A stretch of DNA of 51,277 bases, from sequence record NC_105513.1. One strand, written 5' to 3'. How positions within the stretch are numbered: position 1 is the stretch's first letter; each line of letters opens with the position of its first letter. The notes beneath the pieces are model-generated. The model worked only from the letters and a program-made list of their open reading frames with translations, was not told the origin of the DNA and ran no database searches. Shown here in pieces: positions 27,094 through 36,796 of the stretch. The stretch comes from a phage. The position numbers and the translations under genes are program-made.

Positions 27094-27670
27094 ATTATCT
27101 GGATCTTTAGGCCGAAGATTTGGAGTATTTCATAAGCTGGCTGTTGATTCATACCCCGAAGCAATACGCGCACTATCTTCGCAGGTGGAAGGATTCAAGG
27201 ACTACATGCAAAGCGAAGTAGGATCGCGAATGCGTTACGCTGTATTTGTTGACGGTAAGAATGTAGGACAGCACGATGAAAAAGCGTGGCAATGTGCAAA
27301 GGAAGTGAGGATTATTCCAATTCCAACAGGTTCAAAGTCTGGCGGGTTGTTTCAGGTTGTTCTTGGCGCGGTTATTATGGCGACTGCATTTTTCACTGGC
27401 GGCTCTTCACTTGCTTTGATGGGCGCTTTTGCATCTTCTGCTTTCATGATGGGTGGTGCTATGGTGCTTGGCGGAGTAATGCAAATGATTTCACCGCAGC
27501 AAGGCGGATCAAGATTGTCATCGCAGTCAGCAGAAAACAAACCGTCTTATGCTTTCGGTGGCGCTGTTAACACAACGGCAGCAGGATACCCAATACCATT
27601 GCCATACGGTCAAAGGACAGTCGGCGGAGCTATCTGGTCGGCTGGCAGCTATGCAGAGGACAAGGCTTAA
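27074..27670 (+). CDS. tail assembly protein (lambda I-like)
   Basis: 198 aa with hydrophobic Gly/Ala-rich C-terminal half; position between K-like and J-like. Confidence 0.65.
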   Translation: MTLKVIKLSGSLGRRFGVFHKLAVDSYPEAIRALSSQVEGFKDYMQSEVGSRMRYAVFVDGKNVGQHDEKAWQCAKEVRIIPIPTGSKSGGLFQVVLGAVIMATAFFTGGSSLALMGAFASSAFMMGGAMVLGGVMQMISPQQGGSRLSSQSAENKPSYAFGGAVNTTAAGYPIPLPYGQRTVGGAIWSAGSYAEDKA

Positions 27671-27679
27671 TATAAAAGA

Positions 27680-27705
27680 GTCGCGCGTTGCGCGGCTTTT
27701 TTTTT
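27680..27705 (+). terminator. rho-independent terminator before J-like gene
   Basis: GTCGCGC-GTT-GCGCGGC then nine T. Confidence 0.65.
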
Positions 27706-27727
27706 GCCCGTATAATTCAACAAATCA

Positions 27728-27735
27728 AATAGCAC
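27728..27735 (+). promoter_or_regulatory. half-box AATAGCAC 15 nt upstream of J-like ATG
   Basis: only the AATAGCAC half is present. Confidence 0.25.
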
Positions 27736-27750
27736 AAAAGGTGAAAAAGC

Positions 27751-30700
27751 ATGGCTGAAAATATGATAACGGGAAGTAAGGGCGGATCATCAAAACCTTA
27801 TGTTCCGAAAGAGATGGAAGATAACCTGATCTCAATCAACAAAATCAAAATTCTTCTTGCCGTTTCCGATGGCGAGTGCGATCCAGATTTTACACTTCGC
27901 GATCTGTATCTTGATGATGTTCCGGTAATTGCAGGCGACGGAACTGTTAACTACCAGGGTGTGAAAGCTGAATTTCGACCTGGAACGCAGACGCAAGATT
28001 ACATCCAGGGGTTTACTGACACATCAAGCGAAGTGACGCTGGCGCGTGACATTACGACAACAAATCCTTATGTAATTTCCGTAACCAACAAAACATTATC
28101 GGCTATCAGAATCAAAATGCTAATGCCAACAGGCATTAAGCAAGAGGATAACGGCGATCTTGTTGGCGTTAAGGTTACTTATGCTGTTGATATGGCTGTT
28201 GACGGAGACTCTTACAAAGAAGTATTGCGAGACACTATCGAAGGTAAAACGCGATCAGGTTACGACAGAAGCAGAAGGATTGACCTTCCGGCATTTAATG
28301 ATCGCGTATTACTTAGGGTTAGAAGGGTTACGGCAGACAGCACATCTTCTCGTGTTACTGATCTGATTAAACTACAAAGTTACGCTGAGGTTATTGATGC
28401 AAAATTCCGTTACCCTCTGACTGGTCTTGTATACGTTGAATTTGACAGTGAGTTGTTCCCTAACCAGATCCCTAACATTTCAATCAAGAAGAAATGGAAG
28501 TTGATTAATGTTCCGAGCAATTACGATCCGGTAATGCGAGAGTATCACGGTTCATGGGATGGTACGTTCAAAAAAGCGTGGTCGAACAATCCGGCGTGGG
28601 TACTTTATGACATTATCACAAACCAGCGATACGGATTAGATCAGAGAGAGCTTGGTGTGCAGGTTGACAAATGGAGTCTTTACGAAGCGGCGCAATACTG
28701 CGATCAGAAAGTGCCGGACGGAAAAGGCGGTACAGAGCCGCGTTATCTATGCGACGTTGTGATTCAAAGCCAGATTGAGGCTTATCAGCTTATTCGTGAT
28801 ATTTGCTCAATCTTCCGAGGAATGAGCTTTTGGAATGGAGAGAGCTTGTCAATCGTCATTGATAAGCCGCGCGATCCGTCGTACATCTTCACCAATGACA
28901 ACGTTGTTGATGGTGATTTTCAGTACACAACAGCAAGCGAAAAGAGCATGTACACGCAGTGCAACGTGACGTTCGACGACGAACAAAACATGTATCAACA
29001 GGACGTAGAGGGCGTATTCGACACCGAGGCTGCATTGCGCTTTGGATACAATCCGACAAGCATAACAGCGATCGGATGTACACGCAGGAGTGAGGCTAAT
29101 CGGCGCGGTCGATGGATACTAAAAACCAACTTGCGCAGCACTACGGTAAACTTTGCTACTGGACTGGAAGGAATGATCCCATCAATAGGTGATGTGATTG
29201 CTATTGCTGACAACTTTCACAGCAGCAACCTTAAATTAAACCTATCAGGGCGCGTGATGGAAGTTTCCGGCTTGCAGGTGTTCGTTCCGTTTAAGATTGA
29301 CGCGCGACCAGGTGATTTCATTATCATCAACAAACCGGACGGAAAGCCAGTTAAGCGCACAATCTCAAAAGTAAGCGGCGACGGAAAAACCATTGAACTA
29401 AACATTGGGTTTGGGTTTGAAGTTAAACCGGATACAGTTTTTGCAATCGACCGCACTGATATTGCATTGCAGCAATACGTTGTAACGAGTATCGGCAAAG
29501 GTGATGATGATGATGAATTTACATACTCCATCACGGCTGTTGAATATGACCCGAACAAATACGACGAGATTGATTACGGAGTAAACATTGACGACAGGCC
29601 AACTTCAATTGTCCAGCCTGACACAATGGCAGCACCGGAAAACGTGCAAATATCCTCATACTCGCGAATTGTCCAGGGTGCAAGCGTTGAAACAATGGTT
29701 GTGTCGTGGGATAAAGTACCTTACGCATCGCTGTATGAAATGCAATGGCGAAAAGGTGATGGAAACTGGCTGAATACACCACAGACCGCAAACAAAGAAA
29801 TTGAGGTTGAAGGTATTTATTCAGGAAACTACCAGGTAAGGGTTAGATCTGTTTCCGCTTCAGGTTCTACTTCTCCGTGGTCCAGAATTGTGACAGCATC
29901 ACTGACTGGTAAGGTAGGAGAGCCAGGCGCGCCAGTTAACTTAACAGCATCCGACAATGAAGTGTTTGGCATTCGTGTTAAGTGGGGGATGCCAGAAGGG
30001 AGCGGGGACACGGCATACATTGAGCTTCATCAGTCGCCGGATGGAACGGCTGAAAACTCAAGCCTGCTAACGCTGATCCCGTATCCACAATATGAATACT
30101 GGCACGGTACGCTTCCGGCTGGTCATGTTGTATGGTATCGGATCAGGAGCGTGGACAGGATCGGCAACGTTTCCGGTTGGACTGATTTTGTTAGAGGTAT
30201 GGCTTCAGATGATGTGGAGGCTGTTTTAGGAGATATTCTTGATAAGATTTTTGATACTGAAGCAGGTCAGGATCTTAAAGAGAACGCCATTGACAGTGCA
30301 AACAAGATAAAGGACCAGGCGCAAGCAATCATCCAGAATGCTCTTGCTAATGATGCTGATATTAAGTGGACGCGAGTACAAAACGGAAAGAGAAAGGCTG
30401 AATATGGTCACGCTCTTGAGCTTATCGCCACAGAGACTGAGGCGCGAGTTACGCAGATTGAAGAATTGAGGGCGTCAATCGACGAGGATATTGTTTCAAG
30501 CATAAAGACAGTGCAGGAGGCTATCGCCACAGAATCTGAAACGCGAGCAACTCAAATAAACGCTTTGGATTCAAAATTCACAACTGAAATTGACGGCGTA
30601 AAACGCAATACAGCAGCAAGCATTAATCAGGTGAATCAAACAATTGCCAATGAATCAGAGGCGCGAGCGCAGGCCGTTAACGCGCTTGATGCGAAGTTCA

Positions 30701-31329
30701 CAAAGGAGATCGAAGATTTAAACGGAGTCATTAAGACTGAGGTTGAGGCTAACATCTCTGAAGTGAAACAGGCTATCGCTAATGAGACAGAAGCAAGGGT
30801 GCAGGCTGACCAGGCTTTAACAGCTAAATTCGGAGACGTTGAATCTGCATTAGCTCAAAAACTTGATTCGTGGGCTGGCGTGTCATCTGTTGGTGCTAAA
30901 TACTCAATGAAATTGGGGTTAACATACAATGGGCAGAAGTACAGCGCAGGAATGGTAATGCAGCTTTCGCAGAGTTCATCCGGCCTTGTCTCGCAAATCT
31001 TGTTTGACGCGAACAGGTTCGCGATCATGACAAGTTCGACTGGCGGGGTGTATACATTGCCTTTCGTGGTGGAAAATAACCAGGTATTCATTAACAGCCT
31101 GTTAGTTAAAAACGGTTCAATTACAAATGCCATGATCGGTAATTATATTCAGTCGAATAACTTTGTTGCCAATCAGCAGGGTTGGAGGCTGGATAAAAAC
31201 GGCAGATTTGAGAACTACGGTTCTACGTCTGGAGAGGGGGCCATGAAGTTGACCAATGAAACGATAAGTGTACGAGATGCAAACGGGCGCTTGCGTGTTC
31301 AGATTGGTAGGCTTACTGGTACGTGGTAA
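27751..31329 (+). CDS. central tail fibre / host specificity protein (lambda J-like)
   Basis: 1192 aa; FN3-like segments; C-terminal repeated coiled-coil units; position after K/I. Confidence 0.85.
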   Translation: MAENMITGSKGGSSKPYVPKEMEDNLISINKIKILLAVSDGECDPDFTLRDLYLDDVPVIAGDGTVNYQGVKAEFRPGTQTQDYIQGFTDTSSEVTLARDITTTNPYVISVTNKTLSAIRIKMLMPTGIKQEDNGDLVGVKVTYAVDMAVDGDSYKEVLRDTIEGKTRSGYDRSRRIDLPAFNDRVLLRVRRVTADSTSSRVTDLIKLQSYAEVIDAKFRYPLTGLVYVEFDSELFPNQIPNISIKKKWKLINVPSNYDPVMREYHGSWDGTFKKAWSNNPAWVLYDIITNQRYGLDQRELGVQVDKWSLYEAAQYCDQKVPDGKGGTEPRYLCDVVIQSQIEAYQLIRDICSIFRGMSFWNGESLSIVIDKPRDPSYIFTNDNVVDGDFQYTTASEKSMYTQCNVTFDDEQNMYQQDVEGVFDTEAALRFGYNPTSITAIGCTRRSEANRRGRWILKTNLRSTTVNFATGLEGMIPSIGDVIAIADNFHSSNLKLNLSGRVMEVSGLQVFVPFKIDARPGDFIIINKPDGKPVKRTISKVSGDGKTIELNIGFGFEVKPDTVFAIDRTDIALQQYVVTSIGKGDDDDEFTYSITAVEYDPNKYDEIDYGVNIDDRPTSIVQPDTMAAPENVQISSYSRIVQGASVETMVVSWDKVPYASLYEMQWRKGDGNWLNTPQTANKEIEVEGIYSGNYQVRVRSVSASGSTSPWSRIVTASLTGKVGEPGAPVNLTASDNEVFGIRVKWGMPEGSGDTAYIELHQSPDGTAENSSLLTLIPYPQYEYWHGTLPAGHVVWYRIRSVDRIGNVSGWTDFVRGMASDDVEAVLGDILDKIFDTEAGQDLKENAIDSANKIKDQAQAIIQNALANDADIKWTRVQNGKRKAEYGHALELIATETEARVTQIEELRASIDEDIVSSIKTVQEAIATESETRATQINALDSKFTTEIDGVKRNTAASINQVNQTIANESEARAQAVNALDAKFTKEIEDLNGVIKTEVEANISEVKQAIANETEARVQADQALTAKFGDVESALAQKLDSWAGVSSVGAKYSMKLGLTYNGQKYSAGMVMQLSQSSSGLVSQILFDANRFAIMTSSTGGVYTLPFVVENNQVFINSLLVKNGSITNAMIGNYIQSNNFVANQQGWRLDKNGRFENYGSTSGEGAMKLTNETISVRDANGRLRVQIGRLTGTW
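30420..30840 (+). repeat. imperfect tandem repeats in C-terminal region of J-like gene
   Basis: four units starting about 30424, 30523, 30643, 30775 encoding IA-x-E-(T/S)-E-(A/T)-R...NALD-x-KFT-x-EI. Confidence 0.6.
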
Positions 31330-31336
31330 AATCAAA

Positions 31337-31360
31337 GCGGGGCGTTTGCCCCGCATTTAT
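31337..31360 (+). terminator. possible terminator after J-like gene
   Basis: GCGGGGC-GTTT-GCCCCGC then ATTTAT. Confidence 0.45.
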
Positions 31361-31372
31361 GGAGGTTTAATA

Positions 31373-31678
31373 ATGGCTGAATATGGGATCTCAACTTGGG
31401 ATGCAAACGGGAAGTATAACAACTACGGAATCAAGCCAGTTTCCGTTGTTGGTGTCATTAGCCTTGCCGCTGGTCAGACAAGCGGATCGTGGAGCTTTAG
31501 CATTCCAAGTGGTTTTAAGGTTGGGTATGTTGTTTCACTTGATGAAGGTGCCAGGGGAGTTGGAAGGGAAATAGTAGCATCTGGAAACACAATAAGAATT
31601 AGTCCTACATCGTCGGTTGGTGCAAATAGATATTCTTCTTCAAAGTGCGAGTTAGTTGTTTTTCTTGAGAGGGTTTAA
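31373..31678 (+). CDS. hypothetical tail-fibre-associated protein (MAEYG family)
   Basis: 101 aa, RBS GGAGG; begins MAEYGISTWDANGK. Confidence 0.5.
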   Translation: MAEYGISTWDANGKYNNYGIKPVSVVGVISLAAGQTSGSWSFSIPSGFKVGYVVSLDEGARGVGREIVASGNTIRISPTSSVGANRYSSSKCELVVFLERV

Positions 31679-31679
31679 A

Positions 31680-32318
31680 ATGGCTGAGTATGGAGCAATG
31701 TTATCTTTATCAAATGGGAATCCATTTGTCACACCAAAATCAACGCCATTTTGCTTATATGGCAAGTACACTTATTCATCTTCAGGTACTTCTGCCTATC
31801 ATAGTGCAAGCGCAAATATACCAGTAAACCAATCTTATCCATGCATGGCATTTATAAAAACAACAAACACACAGCAGCCAACTGCATTAATAGCTTACAG
31901 GAATGGTGGCAACATTTATGTAAACGGAGGAAATCCATATGGTCAATCATTTACAATGACTGTTTATATATTTGCCATATTCCCTCAAACTCTACCCAAA
32001 TATGGTATGGCTATATGGGATGCAAGCGGCAAGTTGGTTTTAACTAATGAAAGCAGGGTGCTAACAGATCTTGTTACAATTGGTACTCCTGGTTCTTCAG
32101 GTGGAACGAATATAGATCAAACGTTATCTGGTTCTTATGCCGTTTGCCCTTCAAGGCTTGGTGCGGTTATAGGTATGGGCGCTTCTGATATATATACATC
32201 ATGCAGGTATAATGGTTCAAGCACAAGGATAGGTGCAGCAAGGACAACGCCAGGAACAGGTTCTATAACAAATAACGGAAATTCAATAATTGCAATAAAG
32301 ACTGATATTTACGACTAA
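31680..32318 (+). CDS. hypothetical tail-fibre-associated protein (MAEYG family)
   Basis: 212 aa; begins MAEYG and has internal KYGMAIWDASGK repeat of the neighbour's N-terminus; Gly/Ser/Thr/Asn-rich. Confidence 0.5.
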   Translation: MAEYGAMLSLSNGNPFVTPKSTPFCLYGKYTYSSSGTSAYHSASANIPVNQSYPCMAFIKTTNTQQPTALIAYRNGGNIYVNGGNPYGQSFTMTVYIFAIFPQTLPKYGMAIWDASGKLVLTNESRVLTDLVTIGTPGSSGGTNIDQTLSGSYAVCPSRLGAVIGMGASDIYTSCRYNGSSTRIGAARTTPGTGSITNNGNSIIAIKTDIYD

Positions 32319-32320
32319 TG

Positions 32321-32348
32321 AAAAGGGGCTTTCGCCCCTTTATTTTTA
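32321..32348. terminator. bidirectional terminator between convergent genes
   Basis: AAAAGGGGC-TTTC-GCCCCTTTATTTTT, A-run and T-run on either side. Confidence 0.65.
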
Positions 32349-32349
32349 T

Positions 32350-32577
32350 TCACAGACTGCAATCAGCGTTTTTAAAGTTATCAATACTTACCCACTGAAA
32401 ATTAAACGGATAGCCAGCCTTAACAAGAGTGCGGTCGCCAACTCGTTTCACTCCGAAAATAGCAACTGAATACTGCATTCCGCTATTTTCATAAATAGCC
32501 GTGCATTCACGTTTAGGCATATTTGCACATCCAGTCAGTGCAACGGCTGCAATCAAAACGGCGATTAACTTTTTCAT
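32350..32577 (-). CDS. lipoprotein, possible Cor-like superinfection exclusion protein
   Basis: 75 aa; signal peptide with lipobox LTGC; RBS AAGGAG; own promoter box 32634..32651; convergent with tail fibre genes. Confidence 0.55.
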   Translation of the reverse strand: MKKLIAVLIAAVALTGCANMPKRECTAIYENSGMQYSVAIFGVKRVGDRTLVKAGYPFNFQWVSIDNFKNADCSL

Positions 32578-32607
32578 TTTGTGTCTCCTTAGTTGTTATT
32601 GGTTGCA

Positions 32608-32651
32608 ACTATACACGATCTTGCGGTGGGCGTTTAGCAAAAAGTGCTATT
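32608..32651 (-). promoter_or_regulatory. box-type promoter (box 32634..32651, -10 TATAGT)
   Basis: rc AATAGCACTTTTTGCTAAA-N22-TATAGT upstream of lipoprotein gene. Confidence 0.55.
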
Positions 32652-32699
32652 CTTGTTCTTTTTGTTATCCGGTGTTCTCAAATCTGCGGAGTCTTAAAT

Positions 32700-33076
32700 T
32701 TAGCTCAAAAAGTGAACAACAATAGAGCGCAATACATACAGATAAATATATACATACATATAAATCAATAAGTTAGTAGTATATATATTCATGTTTGTTC
32801 TTTATTGTTATCTATGTTTTGTGTGATTTTGTGCGTCTGGTGATTTTTCTGTGATTATGCATGTGTCAGTGGTTATGTGTGTCTATATATCTATATCCGG
32901 CGCAAATGAGGGAACAAGAGAACAAAAAGACAACAAAGGTATTTATCAATCACTTACATGTGAATTTTGTTATCCAATTCTCCTAGAACGTTGTTAGAAC
33001 AGAAAAAACAAAATAACTGTTGACTAAACGCATTAAATAGCTAAAATGCAGGCATACCAACCAACGAGGGCAAATC
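32700..33076. repeat. AT/GT-rich non-coding region B, homologous to region A
   Basis: ORF-free; 16-mer AAATCAATAAGTTAGT at 32762..32777; GTGTGATT and GGTGATTTTT segments shared with region A. Confidence 0.6.
33020..33047 (+). promoter_or_regulatory. sigma70-like promoter TTGACT-16-TAAAAT
   Basis: about 30 nt upstream of exonuclease ATG 33077. Confidence 0.5.
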
Positions 33077-34138
33077 ATGAATAAGTTTATGGCGTACACC
33101 AGCGAAGAAATGAGTAACGAGCTTTATCACGATCCAGAAGCGTGGACGGCTGATTATGTTAGCGGTTCAAGCCTGGCAGAGATTTACAGCACATGCCCGG
33201 CAGCGTGGAAGTTCAAGCCGCGTGATGACAAGAGCAAGGCGCTAGTTTTCGGTACGCAGTCGCATACCAACTTTGAAAGCAAGGAGCTTTTCGAAAAAAC
33301 CTATCGCCGTGCGCCAGCACCAGAAGAATTTAAGGATCTGATAACCAGCCAAACGGCGCTTGCTGCAAAGCTGAAATCATTTGGACTGAAAGGTACAACC
33401 GGAAAGACTTATCCCGAACTTATAAAAATGATGGTTGACTGCGGAGAAGACCTTAACGTCATGTGGTTAATCGACATGATCGCAGAAAGTCAGGCCAGGG
33501 CCGATGGGGTTCAGTTAATCGAGGCTAAAGATTACGATTCTTGCGTGGCAATGCGCCAGGTTCTGGAATCAATACCGGAACATAACGCATGTATGAATAG
33601 CAAGACGGCACAACGTGAATTATCGTTGTTCGGTGAAATTAACGGCGTAAAAGTCAAAGTGCGATGCGATCACGTTGACGTAACAAAGAACGTCACCGCA
33701 ACGCTTATTGATGGTTACGATGAAAAAGGTCAGCCAATTTGCCGCGATATTATTTATCCAGAGGCCATTGTGATCACAGACTACAAAACCACAATGAGCG
33801 CGAATCCGGCTGAGTTTATGCGCCTGGCTTACAATCACGGCTATTATTTGAAAATGGCGTTGCAATGTGATTTATTCAGAAAAGCGTATCCAGAAGAAAA
33901 GCGACCTATAGTTGTTCGACTGTTAGCGCAAGAGAAGAAAGAGCCTTATTTGCCGTTGGCTTTCCGCATGAACAGCGAGCAATTGAAGATCGGGCGCATT
34001 CAGTACATGAGCGTAATTAACCAGTTTGCCATGTGCCAGCAACATGACGTTTGGCCTTCGTATTCAAACGGCGAGCCGGAGGTTTGCCTTGATACTCCTG
34101 ATTGGGTGCGACGCCAGTTTAAGCAATATCTTATTTAA
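33077..34138 (+). CDS. putative recombination exonuclease (PD-(D/E)XK family)
   Basis: 353 aa; RCDHVD ... ITDYKTT nuclease-like motifs; precedes annealase-like and SSB genes. Confidence 0.55.
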   Translation: MNKFMAYTSEEMSNELYHDPEAWTADYVSGSSLAEIYSTCPAAWKFKPRDDKSKALVFGTQSHTNFESKELFEKTYRRAPAPEEFKDLITSQTALAAKLKSFGLKGTTGKTYPELIKMMVDCGEDLNVMWLIDMIAESQARADGVQLIEAKDYDSCVAMRQVLESIPEHNACMNSKTAQRELSLFGEINGVKVKVRCDHVDVTKNVTATLIDGYDEKGQPICRDIIYPEAIVITDYKTTMSANPAEFMRLAYNHGYYLKMALQCDLFRKAYPEEKRPIVVRLLAQEKKEPYLPLAFRMNSEQLKIGRIQYMSVINQFAMCQQHDVWPSYSNGEPEVCLDTPDWVRRQFKQYLI

Positions 34139-34219
34139 ACAGCACAAATAGCTAAACAAATGAAAAATGCGGTGTTATAATTCACCGCATAAGTTAACAA
34201 CAAGAGTAAGGAAATAAAC

Positions 34220-34498
34220 ATGGAAAACAAACAAGTGTCAGAGGTAGCAGTTCATATCAATAATTTTGCAACTGGCATGGCTATGTTGCTTCGTGATTTT
34301 GTTGCGCCGCTTGATCCAACGGCAGGCGCAGAAGAAATGGAGTACATCAGAAAAGTAATGGATGCAGTCGATAACGTCGTACTTGTTGCAACAATGAGCG
34401 AAGACAACGAGGAAGCAATCAAGGCGGTAAAAGAAAGCTCTGATCGCATGATGGAAAGTCTGATTAAATTACACACCAAAGAAGAAACAAAACATTAA
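34220..34498 (+). CDS. hypothetical acidic protein
   Basis: 92 aa, RBS AAGGAAA. Confidence 0.5.
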   Translation: MENKQVSEVAVHINNFATGMAMLLRDFVAPLDPTAGAEEMEYIRKVMDAVDNVVLVATMSEDNEEAIKAVKESSDRMMESLIKLHTKEETKH

Positions 34499-34543
34499 CA
34501 GCAATAAGGCGGCGAAAGCCGCCATTAATTACGGGAATTAATC

Positions 34544-35200
34544 ATGAAACTATCAGAGCAATTCGACAAGGTTTTACCAGCACTGCATAAGGCGCGTAGT
34601 TTGTTTGTAAAGGTGAAGAAGGATAAGCAAAATACGCACCTTAAAAACCGTTACGCAACGCTTGATGCCGTACTTGATGCAATCACTCCAGCATTGAATG
34701 ATAACGAGCTAATGTTGATGCAGGACATGATTGAAAGCGAACAACCAAACAGAATCAAGGTTGAGACAACAGTTCTTCATGTTTCCGGTCAGTGGGTGAA
34801 ATTTTACGCAGAACTACCAATCGTTAAAAACGATCCTCAAGGTGTCGGATCCGCATTCACATACGCTCGTCGTTATGCAGCCGCAGCTGCATTTGGCTTA
34901 AGCCAGGCAGACGATGACGCGCAGATTGCCGTTAAATCTGCAAACGACTGGAAGCGTGACATTGAGAAATGCGAAAGCGTAAACGAATTACAAGAAGTGC
35001 TCAAATCAGCATGGAAGGCAAGCGATCCGGCAAGCAAGCAGGTAATTAAAGAGCATTACGAAAAACGAAAAGCAGAGCTTGAGATCGGAAAAGCACGAGG
35101 ATTTAATCCAGCGCAACCAAAACAAAATCTTGCCGCTCAAGACGTTGACACAAAAAACGACGAGCAAGTAAAATCACAAAGTATCACTGATTTTGAATAA
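34544..35200 (+). CDS. putative single-strand annealing protein (Erf-like)
   Basis: 218 aa; position between exonuclease and SSB; [14 protein letters not shown] and [15 protein letters not shown] segments. Confidence 0.5.
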   Translation: MKLSEQFDKVLPALHKARSLFVKVKKDKQNTHLKNRYATLDAVLDAITPALNDNELMLMQDMIESEQPNRIKVETTVLHVSGQWVKFYAELPIVKNDPQGVGSAFTYARRYAAAAAFGLSQADDDAQIAVKSANDWKRDIEKCESVNELQEVLKSAWKASDPASKQVIKEHYEKRKAELEIGKARGFNPAQPKQNLAAQDVDTKNDEQVKSQSITDFE

Positions 35201-35207
35201 TTGACAT

Positions 35208-35230
35208 GGGGCGCTTGCGCCCCTTTCTTA
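35208..35230 (+). terminator. possible terminator / attenuator before ssb
   Basis: GGGGCGC...GCGCCCC then TTTCTT. Confidence 0.45.
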
Positions 35231-35244
35231 CAGGAGTATAAAAC

Positions 35245-35697
35245 ATGCATATTATTACTGGTGAGATCCGAAAAGAGCCGCGGGTAAAGCAAATGCCTAA
35301 CGGCAGCACGCTTTATGTGGTTGAACTTTCAGAGCGATACAAAGATAAAGATGGAAACTGGCAATATACAAACTACAGTTTCTTTTTTAATGCTAAAACA
35401 GAAGGTCTTAAGGGTTGGTATGATGAGGCATTCCAGGTTGGCAAGGTTATTTCTGTATCTTGCGACACGCTGCGCATTGAAACGCGTGAATATAACGGAA
35501 AGATGTATTCAAGTTTAATGCCAGGAGGATTTGCAAATCTTATCTTCAGTCAGCGCGGGGAAAGCCAGCAACAATATCAGCAGCGAACGCAAGGAGGATG
35601 GGGCCAACCACAACAACAGAATCAACCGCAACAACCGCAACAGCCAAGACAAAGCAATCAGCCTCCTATGGACTTTGACGACGACATTCCTTTCTGA
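35245..35697 (+). CDS. ssb: single-stranded DNA-binding protein
   Basis: 150 aa; OB-fold-like N-terminus, Gln/Pro-rich linker and acidic tail ending DFDDDIPF. Confidence 0.85.
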   Translation: MHIITGEIRKEPRVKQMPNGSTLYVVELSERYKDKDGNWQYTNYSFFFNAKTEGLKGWYDEAFQVGKVISVSCDTLRIETREYNGKMYSSLMPGGFANLIFSQRGESQQQYQQRTQGGWGQPQQQNQPQQPQQPRQSNQPPMDFDDDIPF

Positions 35698-35704
35698 TCA
35701 ACAA

Positions 35705-35726
35705 AGGGGCACTACGCCCCTTTTTC
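35705..35726. terminator. bidirectional terminator between ssb and convergent gene
   Basis: AGGGGC-ACTAC-GCCCCT then TTTTTC; A-run upstream. Confidence 0.6.
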
Positions 35727-35969
35727 ACTTTCAGCCATCCCAAGCACGGCAATCACCTTAACAGCAATTCTCTTTGCAAGTTCAGTTTGATGAGCGTTAA
35801 GTTTTCCAGTGGTCATTATTGACAACATTCCGCTCATACTTCCAAGACCGTTAAAATCTGACATTGCCGATTTCATTATTGATATTGGCGAATGACCTTC
35901 ATCAGCTATTGTGTGCGCTCTCTCTGACAGGTCTTTAACTACCTGATCAATTCCTTCACTTTTCGTCAT
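35712..35969 (-). CDS. hypothetical protein
   Basis: 85 aa ORF; stop lies inside bidirectional terminator. Confidence 0.4.
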   Translation of the reverse strand: MTKSEGIDQVVKDLSERAHTIADEGHSPISIMKSAMSDFNGLGSMSGMLSIMTTGKLNAHQTELAKRIAVKVIAVLGMAESEKGA

Positions 35970-36447
35970 TTGCTTTTCCTTCAGGAGTTGATTGCTGTTC
36001 TGGCATTACAGGCCACGGGCTAATTGATTCCCTTTCTGCTACTGGCTTTTCAGGCTCAATTCCTAAAAACTTTCCTACAAACTCACCAACAAAATTTGAG
36101 CTATCGCTTACATAAACATGCATCCTGTCTAGATCTGCAACCGTAACGCTATTTGGTGCGATCATGATCCTCTGTTGGTGAAAACCGATATACATCACAT
36201 TAGCCGGACGCTCAAGAGTCCCCATATTTGGCGCAATTACGCCCATTATCCAACAATAATGAATGTTGCCATCAAGCGGCTCACATCCAGCGTTAAGCCA
36301 GTTTACTTTCTGGTGAGGAAACGCCATCGATGAATCAGTAGCATCACGCCGTAACGACCATTTAACGCCGCCAATCTCAATGATTTGTTTCGGCCTCATC
36401 CCGTTGAATTGAGTCACGCCAGCGCCATTTTGATTAATGTTTTGCAT
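35956..36447 (-). CDS. hypothetical protein
   Basis: 163 aa ORF. Confidence 0.5.
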   Translation of the reverse strand: MQNINQNGAGVTQFNGMRPKQIIEIGGVKWSLRRDATDSSMAFPHQKVNWLNAGCEPLDGNIHYCWIMGVIAPNMGTLERPANVMYIGFHQQRIMIAPNSVTVADLDRMHVYVSDSSNFVGEFVGKFLGIEPEKPVAERESISPWPVMPEQQSTPEGKANDEK

Positions 36448-36461
36448 ATCGGTTAACCTTT

Positions 36462-36785
36462 TTACATTGATTTCATTTTACGCAATGCGCAGATACAAGC
36501 GGCAGCAAGATCGGTTAATTCTTTCTCAATGCCATGATGCGAGCCGTCTGCCTTTTCGGTCATTAGCTCTTTGTATTCCATTTCTACAATCGACATTAAG
36601 CCGCCTGGCTTGTCAATGTGCGCGTCCCAGGTTTTAGGATGGTGCTTAGTTCTTTCAATAACACTTCCCATAACTGAATCATGTTCATGATCTCGATCAT
36701 AATCTCCATCATTGTCCTTTCCTCCAATTACTACTCGCGGCAAATGCACGCGAGGTAAATGATAGCCAGCGACACGAATTTTCAT
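36462..36785 (-). CDS. hypothetical protein, possibly MazG-like nucleotide pyrophosphohydrolase
   Basis: 107 aa; helical segment with spaced acidic residues (VEMEYKELMTE ... IEKELTDLAAA); weak. Confidence 0.4.
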   Translation of the reverse strand: MKIRVAGYHLPRVHLPRVVIGGKDNDGDYDRDHEHDSVMGSVIERTKHHPKTWDAHIDKPGGLMSIVEMEYKELMTEKADGSHHGIEKELTDLAAACICALRKMKSM

Positions 36786-36796
36786 GAGTATATCCC

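Noticed and set aside
34506-34530. Hairpin GGCGGC-GAAA-GCCGCC upstream of the annealase-like gene as a terminator
   Set aside because: No U-run follows the stem; more likely an mRNA-stabilising or regulatory hairpin within the recombination operon.
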